From an uncultured Actinomycetes bacterium (GTDB taxonomy: Bacteria; Actinomycetota; UBA4738; JACQTL01): a stretch of DNA of 64,000 bases. The first letter of the stretch is position 1. Each line of letters begins with the position of its first letter. Under the pieces are notes generated by a model. The model did no database searches and had not been told where the DNA came from. It worked only from the letters and a program-made list of their open reading frames with translations. This document shows, piece after piece, positions 8,858-19,103 of this stretch. The DNA is taken from the NCBI GenBank assembly GCA_963772375.1, contig CAVYXG010000001.1, forward strand, positions 787,809-851,808, in the 5' to 3' direction. Position numbers and translations under genes: made by a program.

Positions 8858-10804
8858 TCAGTCCTTCGCGGTCCCGGTCGCCGGGTCGGTGAGCGGCAGG
8901 CCGAACAGCCCGTCGAGAATCCGGCGGACGATCGGCGCGGCCGACTGCGACCCGTGGCCGCCCTGCTCGACCAACGACACGACGACGTACTGGGGATCGT
9001 TGGCCGGCGCCATCGCCGCGAACCACGAGAAGGGCTGGAGGGAACCCTTCTCCGCCGTCCCGGTCTTGCCGGCCACCGGGATCCGGCTGAGGGGGAATCG
9101 CTGAAAGGCCTGGACGGCGGTTCCGTCGCCCCGCACGACCCCGGTGAGCGCGTTCCGCACGTAGTCCATCTGCCTCTTCGAGAAGGGGAGGTGCCCGTTG
9201 ACGTGGGGCTTCCCGGTGAGGACCGTCTGACCCTTCGCGTTCACGATCTTGTCGAGCACGTGGGGGCGGTACACCGTGCCGCCGTTGGCGAGCGCAGAGT
9301 ACGCCGTGGCGAGCTGCAGTGGCGTGACCGACACGTCGCCCTGGCCGATCGACATGTTGATGTAGTCGCCCGGCTGCCAGTTCCGGTCGGTGGCCACCGG
9401 GTCGTCCGCGTAGGCCTTCTGCTTGTACGCCGGGTCGGGGATGATCCCGCTGTTCTCGCTGGGGATGTCGATGCCGGTGAGGTGGCCGAACCCGAGCGAC
9501 ATCAGGTCGTGCTGCAGGTAGTCGTGCTGACCCTGGTGGTACCAGTTCAGCCAGTTGTCCCACCCCAGCTGGTAGAAGACGGTGTCGCACGAGACGACCA
9601 ACGCATGCGCCAGCGAGATCGAGCCCAGGTTCACCGGCTCCCAGTTCGAGTGCACGGCGTCGGTCCCGGGGACCTGGTACGTGGCGGGGCACGGGATGTA
9701 GGACTTTGGGCCCGACGTGTGTGCGAACTCACGGTGCAGCGCAGACAGGGCGATGAACGGCTTGAAGGTCGAGCCGGGCGGATAGTACGACTGCATCGCC
9801 CGGTTCACGATGGCACACCCCGTCGAGTTGCAGAGGTTGTGCCCCTTCGGCTGCGCGAACAGCCGGTTGATCTCCTCGTTGTTGCCGGTCGCGAACCAGT
9901 TGGGGTCGAACGTTGGGTTGGACGCCATGGCCAGGAGGCCCCCGGTGTTCGGATCCATCACGACCACGGCCCCGGCGTTCGCCGGGAGGCCGAATGTCCT
10001 GGCGGCCTTCATCCCCTTCGCGAGCGACTCCGCCGCCAGCTGCTGGATCTTCGAGTCGAGCGTCAGGTAGACGTCGCCGCCGGCGACCGGCGGCGTCGAG
10101 GCGCCGGGCACGGGCCCCACGTTCCTCCCGGCGGAGTTCACCTGGTCGACCACGTGCCCCTTGGTGCCCTGGAGGTAGTGCTCGTACGAGAGCTCGACGC
10201 CGGACTTCCCGACGATGTCGTCCTGCGAGTACCGGGACGGAGGGAAGCTGGGGTTGGCCGCCTCCGTCGGCGAGAACGGCCCCACGTAGCCGAGCACGTG
10301 CGCCGCGAGGGGACCCTCCAGGTAGTCCCGGATCGAGTCCTGGACGATGGCCACGCCGGGGAACTGCGGGCGGTGTTCCCCGAGGTAGAAGAACGTCTTC
10401 TTGGGGACGTCGAACGCGACCGGCACCGGCGTGAACTCGTAGTACCGCTTGGTGTCGATGCGGCTCTGCATCTCCTTCGTGGAGATGCCGAGCACGATCG
10501 CGAGCCGGCGGAGCTCGTTGGCCTTGCGCGACGGGCCGGTGGGGAGGTCCTGCCGGTTGACGGTGACGACGAGGCTCGTCCGGTTCCGCGCCAGCACGAC
10601 CCCATTGCGGTCGAGGATGCGACCCCGCGGCGCCGGGACGTCGAGCGTCCGCGTGGCGTTCGCGCTCCCCTCCTGCTTGAGCTGCGCGTGGGCGAGCACC
10701 TGGACGAACCACAGCCGCGTCCCCAACGCGGCGAACATGAAGGCGCACAGCAGCGCCAGCACCTTGAGGCGTGCGCCCGACTTGCCCTCCGTCATCGCGG
10801 ACAA
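8858..10804 (-). CDS. mrdA: penicillin-binding protein 2 (transpeptidase)
   Basis: 648 aa with an N-terminal TM helix, a PBP dimerisation domain and a transpeptidase domain with STFKPF (SxxK), SNW/SxN and KTGTA motifs. Lies immediately upstream of rodA. Confidence 0.9.
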   Translation of the reverse strand: MSAMTEGKSGARLKVLALLCAFMFAALGTRLWFVQVLAHAQLKQEGSANATRTLDVPAPRGRILDRNGVVLARNRTSLVVTVNRQDLPTGPSRKANELRRLAIVLGISTKEMQSRIDTKRYYEFTPVPVAFDVPKKTFFYLGEHRPQFPGVAIVQDSIRDYLEGPLAAHVLGYVGPFSPTEAANPSFPPSRYSQDDIVGKSGVELSYEHYLQGTKGHVVDQVNSAGRNVGPVPGASTPPVAGGDVYLTLDSKIQQLAAESLAKGMKAARTFGLPANAGAVVVMDPNTGGLLAMASNPTFDPNWFATGNNEEINRLFAQPKGHNLCNSTGCAIVNRAMQSYYPPGSTFKPFIALSALHREFAHTSGPKSYIPCPATYQVPGTDAVHSNWEPVNLGSISLAHALVVSCDTVFYQLGWDNWLNWYHQGQHDYLQHDLMSLGFGHLTGIDIPSENSGIIPDPAYKQKAYADDPVATDRNWQPGDYINMSIGQGDVSVTPLQLATAYSALANGGTVYRPHVLDKIVNAKGQTVLTGKPHVNGHLPFSKRQMDYVRNALTGVVRGDGTAVQAFQRFPLSRIPVAGKTGTAEKGSLQPFSWFAAMAPANDPQYVVVSLVEQGGHGSQSAAPIVRRILDGLFGLPLTDPATGTAKD

Positions 10805-10808
10805 CTCC

Positions 10809-11315
10809 CTACCATCTGAAGACCCGTTTCGCGCGGGACGACTCCGCCAGCCGCCTGACCAGCGGGAACACGAGCGGCGTGAGGATCGCGTTGTACAGCC
10901 CGGTCAGCAGCGCGATCTGCACCTGGTACCCCCACCCCGCGTCGAGCTGGCCCAGCAGGAACTTCACCAGCCCGTTGAACATCAGCCCGACCGCCGTCCC
11001 CGCCCCGACCATGATGACCGGCACGAGCGCCGACGGGCTCGCGATGTACTGCCGGACGGTCCCGACCGCGTAGCCGAGCAACGTCAGGGTGAGGGCGGTG
11101 ATGCCCTTCGGAGTGTTCAGCAGGAAGTCCTCCGCCATGCCGCCGGCGAACCCCAGCACCGCCCCCGACGCCGGGCCCTCCAGCAGGGCGACGAGCACCG
11201 TCAGCAGGTACATGAGATCGGGCCGTGCCTTCAGCAGGGTGATCTGCGCGAAGACGGTGCTCTGCAGCACCAGGGCGGCCACGACGACCGCCGTCCACAG
11301 GATTCCACGCCGCAC
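10809..11315 (-). CDS. mreD: rod shape-determining protein MreD
   Basis: 168-aa polytopic membrane protein located between mreC and mrdA. Confidence 0.75.
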   Translation of the reverse strand: MRRGILWTAVVVAALVLQSTVFAQITLLKARPDLMYLLTVLVALLEGPASGAVLGFAGGMAEDFLLNTPKGITALTLTLLGYAVGTVRQYIASPSALVPVIMVGAGTAVGLMFNGLVKFLLGQLDAGWGYQVQIALLTGLYNAILTPLVFPLVRRLAESSRAKRVFRW

Positions 11316-11324
11316 GGTCCGCCG

Positions 11325-12158
11325 TCATCCTCCGTTGAACTTGGTGATCACGTCGACCATGTCGAGGGAGGTGAAGTCGACGTTGGGCGTCACGGTGACC
11401 TGCTTGTCGCCGGTGGTGGGGTCCACGGTGATGCTGGAGACGTCGCCCACCGGGATGCCCGTGGGGAACAGCCCCCCGCTGTAGCCGCTGGTGACGACGG
11501 GTTCGCCCTTCGTGATCCTCGTCGCCAGGGCGATGTTGCTCATGATCATGTCCGCCCGCCCCTGGCCCTGCAGAAGGCCGGTCTGCTGCGAGTCCTCCAG
11601 GCGGGTGGCCACGTAGGACTCGAAGTCCGTGATCAGCAGGACCTGCGATCCGAACGGCGTCACGTGGATCACCTTGCCCACCAGTCCCGCCGCGGCGATC
11701 ACCGGCATGTCGACCTTGATGCCGTCGTTCGAGCCCTTGTCGATCTCGATCGTCCACTCGAAGTTCGACACCCCGTTGCCGATGACGCTTGCGCCGGTCG
11801 TGGAGAAGTCGAAGCTCTTCGCCACGCCGTCCAACGCCTGCAGCTCCTGGAGCTCCTTCAGGGCCTGCTGGTACTGGACCCGGTCCGCCCCGGCCGTGGC
11901 CAGCTGCTGCTTGAGGGAGTCGATCCGCTGCTGCTGCGACGGCAGGTGGGCGAGCGCCCCGAAGAACGCCGCCACCGGGTGGAACACCTTCGACACCGCG
12001 TTCTGCATCGGGATCACCACGGAGTGCAGGCCGTCGGAGAGCTTGGACAGCGGGCCGCCGGAGCCCTCGCGGAAGTCGACCGTGATGATCACGAGGGAGG
12101 CGACGACGAGCAGGATCACCAGCCCACGCGTGCTGCGGGTCCGTCCGCCGATCGCCAC
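11325..12158 (-). CDS. mreC: rod shape-determining protein MreC
   Basis: 277 aa with an N-terminal TM helix, a coiled coil (QQRIDSLKQQLATAGA) and C-terminal beta domains ending GGLFPTGIPVG. Confidence 0.85.
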   Translation of the reverse strand: MAIGGRTRSTRGLVILLVVASLVIITVDFREGSGGPLSKLSDGLHSVVIPMQNAVSKVFHPVAAFFGALAHLPSQQQRIDSLKQQLATAGADRVQYQQALKELQELQALDGVAKSFDFSTTGASVIGNGVSNFEWTIEIDKGSNDGIKVDMPVIAAAGLVGKVIHVTPFGSQVLLITDFESYVATRLEDSQQTGLLQGQGRADMIMSNIALATRITKGEPVVTSGYSGGLFPTGIPVGDVSSITVDPTTGDKQVTVTPNVDFTSLDMVDVITKFNGG

Positions 12159-12167
12159 GACGGCCTC

Positions 12168-13247
12168 CTACCGACGCGACGGGCTGACCAGCACCCTCTG
12201 AAGGACCTCGAACTCCTCCAGGCACTTGCCCGAGCCGATCGCCACCGAGGACAGCGGATTGTCCGCGATGTGCACCGGCATTCCCGTCTCGTGCTTCAGT
12301 CGCTCGTCGAAGCCGCGGAGCAGAGCCCCGCCGCCGGTGAGCACCATTCCGCGCTCCATGATGTCCGCCGCCAGCTCGGGCGGGGTTCGATCGAGGGTGT
12401 TCTTGATCGCGTCGATGATCGAGGAGACCGGCTCCTCGATCGCCTTGCGGACCTCCTCGGCGGTGACGTGGATCGTCTTGGGCAGCCCTGAGACGAGGTC
12501 GCGCCCCTTGATCTCCGCGATGAGCTCGTCCGGCATGGGGAACACCGACCCGACCGCGACCTTGATGGCCTCGGACGTGCGTTCGCCGAGCAGCAGCGAG
12601 TACTCCTTCTTGACGAACTGGATGATCGCGTCGTCCAGCCGGTCGCCACCGATGCGGAGGCTGCTCGAGGTGACGATGCCCCCGAGCGAGATGACGGCGA
12701 CCTCGGTGGTGCCGCCCCCGATGTCCACGATCATGTTCCCGGTGGGCTCGTGGATGGGGAGCCCGGCGCCGATCGCGGCGGCCATGGGCTCCTCGATGAT
12801 GAACGCCCTGCGCGCCCCGGCCGAGATCGTGGCCTCCTCGACCGCGCGCTGCTCCACGCCCGTGATGCCGCTCGGGACGCACACCACCACGCGGGGCTTG
12901 GCCAGCATCCGCCGCCGGTGCACCTTCTGGATGAAGTACCGGAGCATCTTCTCGGTCACGTCGAAGTCGGCGATGACGCCGTCCTTCAGCGGGCGCACCG
13001 CGCGGATGTGGCTGGGGGTCCGGCCGATCATGCGCTTGGCCTCGGCGCCGACGGCCAGGATGTTGCCGTTCAGCGTGTTGATGGCCACCACCGACGGCTC
13101 GTTCAGGACGATGCCTCTTCCGCGAACGTAGACGAGCGTGTTCGCGGTCCCGAGGTCGACAGCCATGTCGCGACCCAGGAACCCGGTCAAGCCTTCGTTG
13201 CTCGCGCCGGGGGACGACGCGAATCGTCGGTGTGTGCTCTCGGCCAT
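12168..13247 (-). CDS. mreB: rod shape-determining actin homolog MreB
   Basis: [19 protein letters not shown]...[11 protein letters not shown] are actin-fold ATPase motifs. The start is taken at MAEST; the track ORF extends to 13289. Confidence 0.9.
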   Translation of the reverse strand: MAESTHRRFASSPGASNEGLTGFLGRDMAVDLGTANTLVYVRGRGIVLNEPSVVAINTLNGNILAVGAEAKRMIGRTPSHIRAVRPLKDGVIADFDVTEKMLRYFIQKVHRRRMLAKPRVVVCVPSGITGVEQRAVEEATISAGARRAFIIEEPMAAAIGAGLPIHEPTGNMIVDIGGGTTEVAVISLGGIVTSSSLRIGGDRLDDAIIQFVKKEYSLLLGERTSEAIKVAVGSVFPMPDELIAEIKGRDLVSGLPKTIHVTAEEVRKAIEEPVSSIIDAIKNTLDRTPPELAADIMERGMVLTGGGALLRGFDERLKHETGMPVHIADNPLSSVAIGSGKCLEEFEVLQRVLVSPSRR

Positions 13248-13412
13248 GAGGGCGCCCCTGTTGTACCCGACGCCGCAGAGGCATGGCAACTCGCCGACAC
13301 GGCGTTCGGGGACATTTCGCCCCCGTTGACCTGTGTTTTTTCCTGAGGTCGAGTTGAGGTCGAGGGTTCACCTACTCTCGACCGGAACTTGCATGCCCAC
13401 AAGTGTCCAGAA

Positions 13413-14804
13413 TCAGGGGTACGCCGGGATCCCTCCGGGGGGCGGCGGTGGCCTGGACGGCGCGCGGACCAGGGCTCGGATCCCGCCGAGGACCACGAGC
13501 AGCCCGCCGGGGATCAGCGGGATCGCCTCGGGGGAGCCGTTCAGGGCCGCCCCGATCCCGACCACGACCGCGAACGCCCCGTCCAGCAGGGCGAGCACCC
13601 CGAGGGCGATCCGGAGCCCACGCCGGTGAGCGGCGTACAGCCCCACCGCCAGCGCTGCCGGGGGGAGGACGAACAGCAGCGCGACGGCCCCGTTGCCCTC
13701 GGAGATGATCGCCGCGCTGGCGGCCGAGACGAGCGCCCCGGCGCCCACCAGCGCCGCGGCCAGCCCCCGGCGGCGGCGGGCGACGATCGGGGCCACGGCG
13801 ACCGGGCCGGCCGGCGGCACCCACGGAACGGGTGGGGACGCGACGGACGCCGGCGGGGGCCGCCCGGCCACGGTGGGGACGGGCGGCGGCGTCATCGTCC
13901 GCGTGGGCGCCACCGGCGCCGGCGGGGGCGGGGCCACGGCCGTCCGGCCCGCCCGGTCCCGGACCGCGGCGTCGAGCTCCCTCAGGAACTCCCCGCACGT
14001 CGGGAACCGTTCCTCCGGCGTCTTGCCCAGCGCCCGGGCGAGCACCCGGTCCACGTCGGGGCCGAGGTCCGACCGCCTAAGCGACGGCTGCGGCGGCGGC
14101 AGCCACAGGTGGCCGAACATCATCTCGGCGTCGGAGTTCCCCGGATAGGGCGGGGCGCCCGCGAGGCATTCGTAGACCACGCAGGCGAGGGAGTACTGAT
14201 CGGTCCGTCCGTCGACCGCGCGCCCCTGGAACTGCTCCGGCGCCGCGTACCGGAACGTGCCCACGAACATCCCCGTCCGGGTCAGCCCGGCCGACTCGTC
14301 GGTGCGCTTGGTCAGGCCGAAGTCCGTGAGGAACACCCGTTCCGGCTCACCGGCGGAGGCGGGTTCGATCAGGATGTTCTGGGGCTTCACGTCCCGGTGG
14401 ACCAGGTGCCGCCGGTGGGCCACGTCCAGCGCGCCGGCCACTGGCGCGATCAGATGGACGACGCGCCCGGAGTCGAGCGGCCCCCGCGCGGCCAGCTCCG
14501 CCGCGAGGTCGCCGCCTTCCACTCGGCGCATCGCCAGGTACAGGACGCCGTTCGCCTCCCCGGCGTCGTAGATGGGGATGATCGCGGGGTGTTCCAGCGC
14601 GGCGGCCAGCTGCGCCTCCCGCAGGAACCGCTCCCGGAACGACGCGTCGGCGGCGAGGTCGGGCGCGACGACCTTGACGGCCACCGAACGCCCCAGCGCC
14701 ACGTGCTCGGCCGCGTACACGACGCCCATGCCGCCGTGGCCCAGCTCCCGGTCGATGCGATACCCGGCGAGCGTCGTCCCCGGCTCGAGCCCCCTCCCGC
14801 CCAC
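13413..14804 (-). CDS. Ser/Thr protein kinase with C-terminal transmembrane segments
   Basis: GHGGMGVVY (glycine loop), VAVK, HRDVKPQNIL, DFG and APE motifs. A proline-rich linker is followed by two hydrophobic helices. Confidence 0.85.
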   Translation of the reverse strand: MGGRGLEPGTTLAGYRIDRELGHGGMGVVYAAEHVALGRSVAVKVVAPDLAADASFRERFLREAQLAAALEHPAIIPIYDAGEANGVLYLAMRRVEGGDLAAELAARGPLDSGRVVHLIAPVAGALDVAHRRHLVHRDVKPQNILIEPASAGEPERVFLTDFGLTKRTDESAGLTRTGMFVGTFRYAAPEQFQGRAVDGRTDQYSLACVVYECLAGAPPYPGNSDAEMMFGHLWLPPPQPSLRRSDLGPDVDRVLARALGKTPEERFPTCGEFLRELDAAVRDRAGRTAVAPPPPAPVAPTRTMTPPPVPTVAGRPPPASVASPPVPWVPPAGPVAVAPIVARRRRGLAAALVGAGALVSAASAAIISEGNGAVALLFVLPPAALAVGLYAAHRRGLRIALGVLALLDGAFAVVVGIGAALNGSPEAIPLIPGGLLVVLGGIRALVRAPSRPPPPPGGIPAYP

Positions 14805-14909
14805 AGCGCGGTTTGTAGCACCGGCCGCGGGTGCGAGTACAGGGGCAGGAACGCCGGCGGCGCCCCCGTCAGGGGGCGCCGCCGAAGCGCGGGTGGACCC
14901 GGGTGCGGA

Positions 14910-15548
14910 CTACCCGGCGGCGTTCGCCGAGATCCAGGCGTCGAGCTCGGGGCCCGACTCGAAGCTCGTGATCAGCGCGTAGCGCGGCCGGTCGCCCGGG
15001 TGGTACACGGCGTGGTGCAGCCGCTCGGTGTCGACGACGAACTGGGTGTTCTTCGGGCACGGGATGTGGCTCTCCGTGGCCGGGTCGTCCTTGTCGTCGC
15101 GGACGATCATGTAGCTGTTCGGGTCGTCGGTGAGGTTGAGCCAGGCCCGGACGACCCAGCCCTCGCCGTCGGGGTTCATCCGGTTGTTGTCGTCGAGATG
15201 GAGGAACCGGTTGGCGACCTCCTCCTCGGAACTCGAGGGCTCGAGCTTGATGATGCGGACGCGGCCGTACCGCGCGCCGACGGACTCCACCCACTTCTTC
15301 AGGGTGGGAGCCTTCTCGATGTTGACGGTCCACACGCCGTCCTTGTCCGGCTTGCCGAACTCCCAGAACCCGCGGGCGTCGTCGTCGCCGTTGGCGGACG
15401 CGAGGACGGCGAAGTTGGTGTCGCCGCCGGACTTCCAGTCGAGGTACGTGAGCTGCTCCCACTCCGAGGGGTCGATCTCGCCCTCGTAGGGCGTGAGGAT
15501 CACGAAGCCCTTGTCCTCGAGCACGTCGAGCTTGCGGTGGTCGGCCAT
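14910..15548 (-). CDS. aspartyl/asparaginyl beta-hydroxylase-like (LpxO/OlsC-type 2OG-Fe(II) dioxygenase cupin) protein
   Basis: 212 aa with cupin-like features HLDDNNRMN...HHAVYHPGD...RYALITSF. The family assignment rests on motif recollection only. Confidence 0.5.
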   Translation of the reverse strand: MADHRKLDVLEDKGFVILTPYEGEIDPSEWEQLTYLDWKSGGDTNFAVLASANGDDDARGFWEFGKPDKDGVWTVNIEKAPTLKKWVESVGARYGRVRIIKLEPSSSEEEVANRFLHLDDNNRMNPDGEGWVVRAWLNLTDDPNSYMIVRDDKDDPATESHIPCPKNTQFVVDTERLHHAVYHPGDRPRYALITSFESGPELDAWISANAAG

Positions 15549-15680
15549 GACGAACTCCTCCGGGTCGATCGGGGACGGCGCGAGTATATCGGCTCGCCGC
15601 CCGATCCCGAGACACCGCGAACCAGCCGCCCCGGACCGATCGAGCAGGGCTACTGAGGCGGATGTAACCCCGGCGAGGCA

Positions 15681-16685
15681 ATGGGGGTCCAACCCTCCAA
15701 TGTTGCCGCACGCGCCGGGCGTGGAGCGGTAGCCGTGCGCGCGGCGGTGCTGTTCCCCGGCCAGGGTTCCCAATACGAAGGCATGGCCGACCCGTGGTCC
15801 ACCCACGAGGCCGGTGCGGCCGTGTTCTCCCGTCTGTCCGAGTCGTGGGGGCGCGACCTCGTCGAGCTGTGCCGCGACGCGGCCGCCCTGGCCACCACCG
15901 AGCTGGTTCAGCCCGCGCTGTTCGCATGCGACCTCGCCGCGTTCCGGGTGCTCCAGGCCGACGGCGTGCGGTTCGAGGCCGCGGCCGGCCACTCCCTCGG
16001 CGAGTTCGTCGCGCTGGTCGCGTCTGGTGTCCTCGCCGACGTCGACGCGTTCCACATCGTCATCACGCGGGGTCGCGCGATGCAGCAGGCCTCCGACGTC
16101 ACGCCCTCCGGCATGACGGCCGTCATCGGCCTCTCCTCAGCCGAGGCCGCCGAGATCTGCCGCGTGGCCGGCCGGGGCGACGTGCTCGAGGTGGCGAACG
16201 AGAACGCCGCGAAGCAGGTCGTGCTGTCCGGGTCGATCCCGGCGATCGAACGCGCTGAGGAGGCCGCGCGATCGAACGGCGCCAAGGCCATCCGGTTGCG
16301 GGTGGCCGGCGCGTTCCACTCGCCGCTGATGCGTCCGGCGCAGGAGCCCGTTCGCGAGGCGCTGTCCCGCGCGACGTTCCACCCGCCGACGATGGCGCTG
16401 GTCCCGAACGTCAGCGGGCGGGTCACCCGCGAGTCGTCGGCCCTCCGCGACCTGCTGTCGCGCCACATCGTCGCGCCGGTCCGGTGGGAGCGCTCGATGC
16501 GGGCGCTGGCCGAGACGGGCGCCGACACGTTCGTGGAGGCCGGGCCCGGCGACGTGCTGTCGAAGCTGGTGCGCCGCAACGTCCCCGGCGTCACGGCGGT
16601 CCCGGTGGGGTCGCCGGCCGACGCGGCAGCGTTCGCCGCGGGCCTCGGAACGACCGAGCCCGCCCTGTCGGAGGAGCGAGCATGA
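15681..16685 (+). CDS. fabD: malonyl CoA-ACP transacylase
   Basis: LFPGQGSQYEGMA...GHSLGEFVALVASG (active-site GHSLG). The start may instead be GTG at about 15735. Confidence 0.85.
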   Translation: MGVQPSNVAARAGRGAVAVRAAVLFPGQGSQYEGMADPWSTHEAGAAVFSRLSESWGRDLVELCRDAAALATTELVQPALFACDLAAFRVLQADGVRFEAAAGHSLGEFVALVASGVLADVDAFHIVITRGRAMQQASDVTPSGMTAVIGLSSAEAAEICRVAGRGDVLEVANENAAKQVVLSGSIPAIERAEEAARSNGAKAIRLRVAGAFHSPLMRPAQEPVREALSRATFHPPTMALVPNVSGRVTRESSALRDLLSRHIVAPVRWERSMRALAETGADTFVEAGPGDVLSKLVRRNVPGVTAVPVGSPADAAAFAAGLGTTEPALSEERA

Positions 16686-16993
16686 GCACGATGATCGAAG
16701 TGCCCGTCGACGAGGTCCTCGAGGTGGAGGTCCACCACGGCGAGCCGACCGACATCCCGATCCACCTGCTGGTGACCGCGGTCGGGGGCCGCCTCCGCGT
16801 CCTTCCTCCCGAGCGGTTCTGGCGCGGGCACGAGGTCGTCGAGCCCGGGCAGGCCGTGGCCGTCGTCGAGCCCGGCGACCGGACCGAGCACGTGGTGCGC
16901 TCCCCGGTGCGGGGTAGGCTTGGCGCCGTGCTGGGACGCGACGGCGAGCTCGTGAGGCCTGGCCAGGCAGTGGCCTGGGTGGAGCGGGAGTGA
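16682..16993 (+). CDS. small biotin/lipoyl-attachment-like domain protein lacking any lysine
   Basis: 103 aa. Its ATG overlaps the fabD stop (ATGA) and its stop overlaps the fabH GTG. The pattern PGQAVAVVEPGDRTEHVVRSPVRGRLGAVLGRDGELVRPGQAVAWVE resembles a lipoyl/biotinyl hybrid barrel. The sequence contains zero Lys. Confidence 0.5.
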   Translation: MSTMIEVPVDEVLEVEVHHGEPTDIPIHLLVTAVGGRLRVLPPERFWRGHEVVEPGQAVAVVEPGDRTEHVVRSPVRGRLGAVLGRDGELVRPGQAVAWVERE

Positions 16994-18021
16994 CCCCGGC
17001 CGGCGGGCGGTTCGCCGCCATCGCGGCCACCGGCTCCGCGCTCCCCGGCCGCGTCGTTCAGAACTCGTTCTTCGAGTCGCTCGTCGACACCAACGACGAG
17101 TGGATCGTCGACCGCACGGGCATCCGGGAACGACGGTTCGCCGGCGACGGCGAGACCACGGCCACGCTGTCGACGGACGCCGCGCGGTCGGCGCTCGAGG
17201 CGGCGGGGATGTCCCCGGACCGGCTCGACCTCATCGTGGTGGCGACGGTCACGCCCGACCGGCTGCTCCCGTCCGCCGCCGTGATGGTGCAGGACGCGCT
17301 CGGGGTGTCGTGCCCGGCGTTCGACGTCAACGCGGCCTGCGCGGGGTTCTCCTACGGAACGTCCGTCGCCCGGGCCATGGTGGAGTCGGGAGCGTCGGAC
17401 ATCGTGCTGGTGGTGGGCGCCGAGACGCTGTCGCGCCGGATCAACATGGAGGACCGCACGACCTGCGTGCTGTTCGGCGACGGCGCCGGCGCGGCGATCT
17501 TCGTTCCGTCGGAGGAACCGGGCCTCATGGCGACCAACCTGTTCGCCGACGGCACGGCCGCCAAGCTCCTGACGATCCCCGCGGGCGGAACCGCGCAGCC
17601 GGATCCCGACGAGCCGCCGATCGACGCGATCGTCATGAGGAGCGGGAGCGAGGTCTACAAGCGGGCGGTCGTCGGCATGACCGACGCCTGCCGGTCGCTG
17701 CTGGAGAAGGCCGGCGTGGCGGCCGAGGACGTGCGGTGGCTGATCCCCCACCAGGCCAACGCCCGGATCATGAAGACGGTGGCCGACCGGCTGGGGTTCG
17801 GCCCGGACCGCGTGATCTCCGACGTCGAGCGAATCGGGAACACCTCGGCCGCGTCCGTGCCCATCGCGCTGGACGAGGCGTGGCGGGACGGCCGGATCCG
17901 TCGCGGGGACCTGGTGCTGATGACGTCGTTCGGGGCCGGGATGGCGTGGGGCGCCTCGCTCGTGAAGTGGACGGCCGCGAACGTGCCGGCGCCGGCGGTG
18001 GCCGGGGGGACGACGGCGTGA
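16990..18021 (+). CDS. fabH: 3-oxoacyl-ACP synthase III
   Basis: Active-site environment CAGFSYG, plus HQANARI and [11 protein letters not shown] start. Confidence 0.9.
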   Translation: MTPAGGRFAAIAATGSALPGRVVQNSFFESLVDTNDEWIVDRTGIRERRFAGDGETTATLSTDAARSALEAAGMSPDRLDLIVVATVTPDRLLPSAAVMVQDALGVSCPAFDVNAACAGFSYGTSVARAMVESGASDIVLVVGAETLSRRINMEDRTTCVLFGDGAGAAIFVPSEEPGLMATNLFADGTAAKLLTIPAGGTAQPDPDEPPIDAIVMRSGSEVYKRAVVGMTDACRSLLEKAGVAAEDVRWLIPHQANARIMKTVADRLGFGPDRVISDVERIGNTSAASVPIALDEAWRDGRIRRGDLVLMTSFGAGMAWGASLVKWTAANVPAPAVAGGTTA

Positions 18022-18755
18022 CCTCGCGCGTGGCGGTCGTGACGGGTGGGTCGCGCGGCATCGGCCGTGCGTGCGCCCTCGCACTCGGCGACGCCGGGTG
18101 GTCCGTCGCGGTCGGGTTCCGGTCCGGCGAGGGCGAGGCCAAGGACGTCGCCGGCGCGATCGAGGACGGCGGCGGACGGGCCATGACGCTCGCGCTCGAC
18201 ACGTCCGACGAGGCCCGCATCGCCGAGGCGTTCCGGGAGGTGGCCGAGAAGATGGGGCCGGTCACCGGCCTGGTGAACAACGCCGGCATCAGCCGCGACG
18301 GGCTCACCGTGAAGTACCCGACCGACGAGTACGACCGGACGATGGCGGTGAACGCACGGGGGTCGTTCCTCTGCTCGCGGACCGCACTCCGGTCGATGCT
18401 CCGGGAGCGGTTCGGACGGATCGTCAACATCTCCTCCGCGGTCGCCCTGCACGGGAACGCCGGCCAGGTCGCGTACGCGGCGTCGAAGGCCGCGATGATC
18501 GGCATGACGCGGTCGCTGGCGCGCGAGGTGGGATCGAGGGGCATCACGGTGAACGCCATCTGCCCCGGCCTCATCTCGACCGACCTGACCGACGCGCTGC
18601 CGGACGAGGCGCACCGGTTCCTGCTGGACCGGACGCCGGCCGGCCGGCCGGGGACGCCGGAGGAGGTGGCCTCCTCCGTCCGGTTCCTGATGGGCGACGA
18701 GGCGGCGTACGTGAACGGGGCGGTGCTCACCGTGGACGGTGGGCTGACCGCGTAG
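18018..18755 (+). CDS. fabG: 3-oxoacyl-ACP reductase (SDR family)
   Basis: [12 protein letters not shown] (Rossmann fold), NNAG and the YAASKAA catalytic YxxxK. GTG start overlapping the fabH stop by 4 nt. Confidence 0.9.
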   Translation: MTSRVAVVTGGSRGIGRACALALGDAGWSVAVGFRSGEGEAKDVAGAIEDGGGRAMTLALDTSDEARIAEAFREVAEKMGPVTGLVNNAGISRDGLTVKYPTDEYDRTMAVNARGSFLCSRTALRSMLRERFGRIVNISSAVALHGNAGQVAYAASKAAMIGMTRSLAREVGSRGITVNAICPGLISTDLTDALPDEAHRFLLDRTPAGRPGTPEEVASSVRFLMGDEAAYVNGAVLTVDGGLTA

Positions 18756-18817
18756 GCAACGGTGCAGGGCATGCCGGCGGTCGCCGGTACCCTCTCGGAG
18801 AAGGAGGAGGAAGGGAC

Positions 18818-19069
18818 ATGGACCGCAACGAGATCGAGGCGAAGGTTCGCAAGGTGCTGGCGGAGCAGCTGGCGGTGGACGAGAGCCAGGTGACGCCATC
18901 CGCGCGCTTCGCGGAGGACCTCAACGCCGACTCACTCGACCTGACCGAGGCCGTGCTGGCTCTCGAGGACGAGATGGGCATCGAGATCCCCGAGGAGGAG
19001 ATGGAGAAGGTCAAGACCGTCGGTCAGGCGATCGACCTCGTGGCCTCCAAGCTCGGGGTGGCGGCCTGA
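18818..19069 (+). CDS. acpP: acyl carrier protein
   Basis: 83 aa with the phosphopantetheine site [10 protein letters not shown] (DSL). A strong RBS GGAGAAGGAGGAGG lies upstream. Confidence 0.95.
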   Translation: MDRNEIEAKVRKVLAEQLAVDESQVTPSARFAEDLNADSLDLTEAVLALEDEMGIEIPEEEMEKVKTVGQAIDLVASKLGVAA

Positions 19070-19103
19070 TCGCGGCCGCAACGACACGTCGGGCGACCAC
19101 CTG

